Shown in pieces: positions 63,104-64,000 of a DNA stretch of 64,000 nt. The translations under genes were made by a program, and so were the position numbers. The stretch lies in NCBI RefSeq assembly GCF_004010195.1, contig NC_057719.1, positions 15,624,257-15,688,256 on the forward strand. The letters run 5' to 3'. The stretch is from Chiloscyllium plagiosum. Taxonomy: Eukaryota. A model generated the notes under the pieces. That model made no database searches. It saw only the letters and a program-made list of their open reading frames with translations, and was not told the origin of the DNA. Position 1 is the first letter of the stretch, and each line of letters begins with the position of its first letter.

Positions 63104-64000
63104 GTGAGTAAAATACAGTTTTGTTTTGATTCCTATATGACTTATTATTGTCAAAAGATTGAAAGTGTTTATTCATTGTGACAGAATAGACTGCAACTTA
63201 CCATCAGAGGTAAAATGTACATTTAGAATATTTAGTAATTCTTGTAATAGATTTGTCTAATTTCTTTGCATCCTCAAGTGGTATTGCCATCATTTTCTAA
63301 CACTGTAGAGATCTCTTGAACCTGACATCTGCAGAGGTGTCCTCTGGAGCATTAATTAATGCACCAGCTTCAAACCCGACTTGATCCCCACTCGAGTGAC
63401 TTAATATGTTTACAGGAATTATACAAACAGGATATAAACAGACAGCATTTGTACAGAATACCTACAGGAAAGTACCAGGTTGTGTAAATCTGAGTCTACT
63501 CCACTGGCAGAAATTCTTTTCAACTGTTGGTTTGGAATTGGGAGCTGATCTTCCTTCTACCTTTACCATTGTTGTACAAGCATATCCCATGGCATATTTC
63601 ATGATGATGTAATAAGGATCTTCACAGTTTAAACCATGTTGGATCCTGAAATTGTAACTCGACTGAAACCAATAAATGTACAAGCCGTGTTGTACTTGAT
63701 GACTGGCCTCCCGAGTTGTGACTTGGTTTTTAATCCAGCTGTTAAGAATTTCACATGAGGTAATTGATGTTAAAAAAAAATTAAAAATTGGTATCAGCAG
63801 CCTGCATTTGTTAAGACACCCTCATCTCCTATCCAGGCCAGTTCTGTAATTTCAACATGTGCTGTTTTAAAAATATAATTACATGTGGAGAGTTACATCC
63901 ACAGAAGTCAAAGTTGAAGGGTTTGTGTTGTCCTGCATGAAGGGAACTGACAGGCCTCCTCTTGATGGTAGAAACATTGCCTTCTCCTGGTGTAAATGCT

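Noticed and set aside
63104..64000. DLST final exon (DHRLIDG catalytic motif)
   Set aside because: Not found by eye in the remaining sequence; it presumably lies beyond the window.

Overview
Repeat-rich vertebrate genomic DNA, almost certainly from a cartilaginous fish (shark-type CR1 LINEs, HE1-like and DeuSINE-like SINEs; the species cannot be fixed from sequence alone). Two genes lie head-to-head, as at human 14q24.3. On the minus strand is the large first coding exon of a prospero-family gene, PROX2 by synteny (CDS 4444-2834). It ends at a U12 minor-spliceosome donor, GTATCCTTT, and its homeo-prospero exons lie left of the window. On the plus strand are exons 1-14 of DLST (19904-63103, 1242 nt, 414 codons, all GT-AG and phase-consistent); exon 15 lies beyond the window. 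The most interesting non-genic signal is a set of ~75-220 bp Penelope-type terminal units that carry a minimal hammerhead-ribozyme motif (CUGANGA-A-stemII-GAAA-CG-UH). Stem II shows compensatory changes between families, several copies have 12-50 bp flanking duplications, and several copies fold back into palindromes at the ribozyme. Other notable items are a LINE with a tRNA-like head and no ORF1 (with short derivatives), a perfect 33-bp hairpin, a 54-bp minisatellite upstream of DLST, and inverted CR1 copies bracketing DLST exon 2. Repeat boundaries and family names were read by eye and are approximate.
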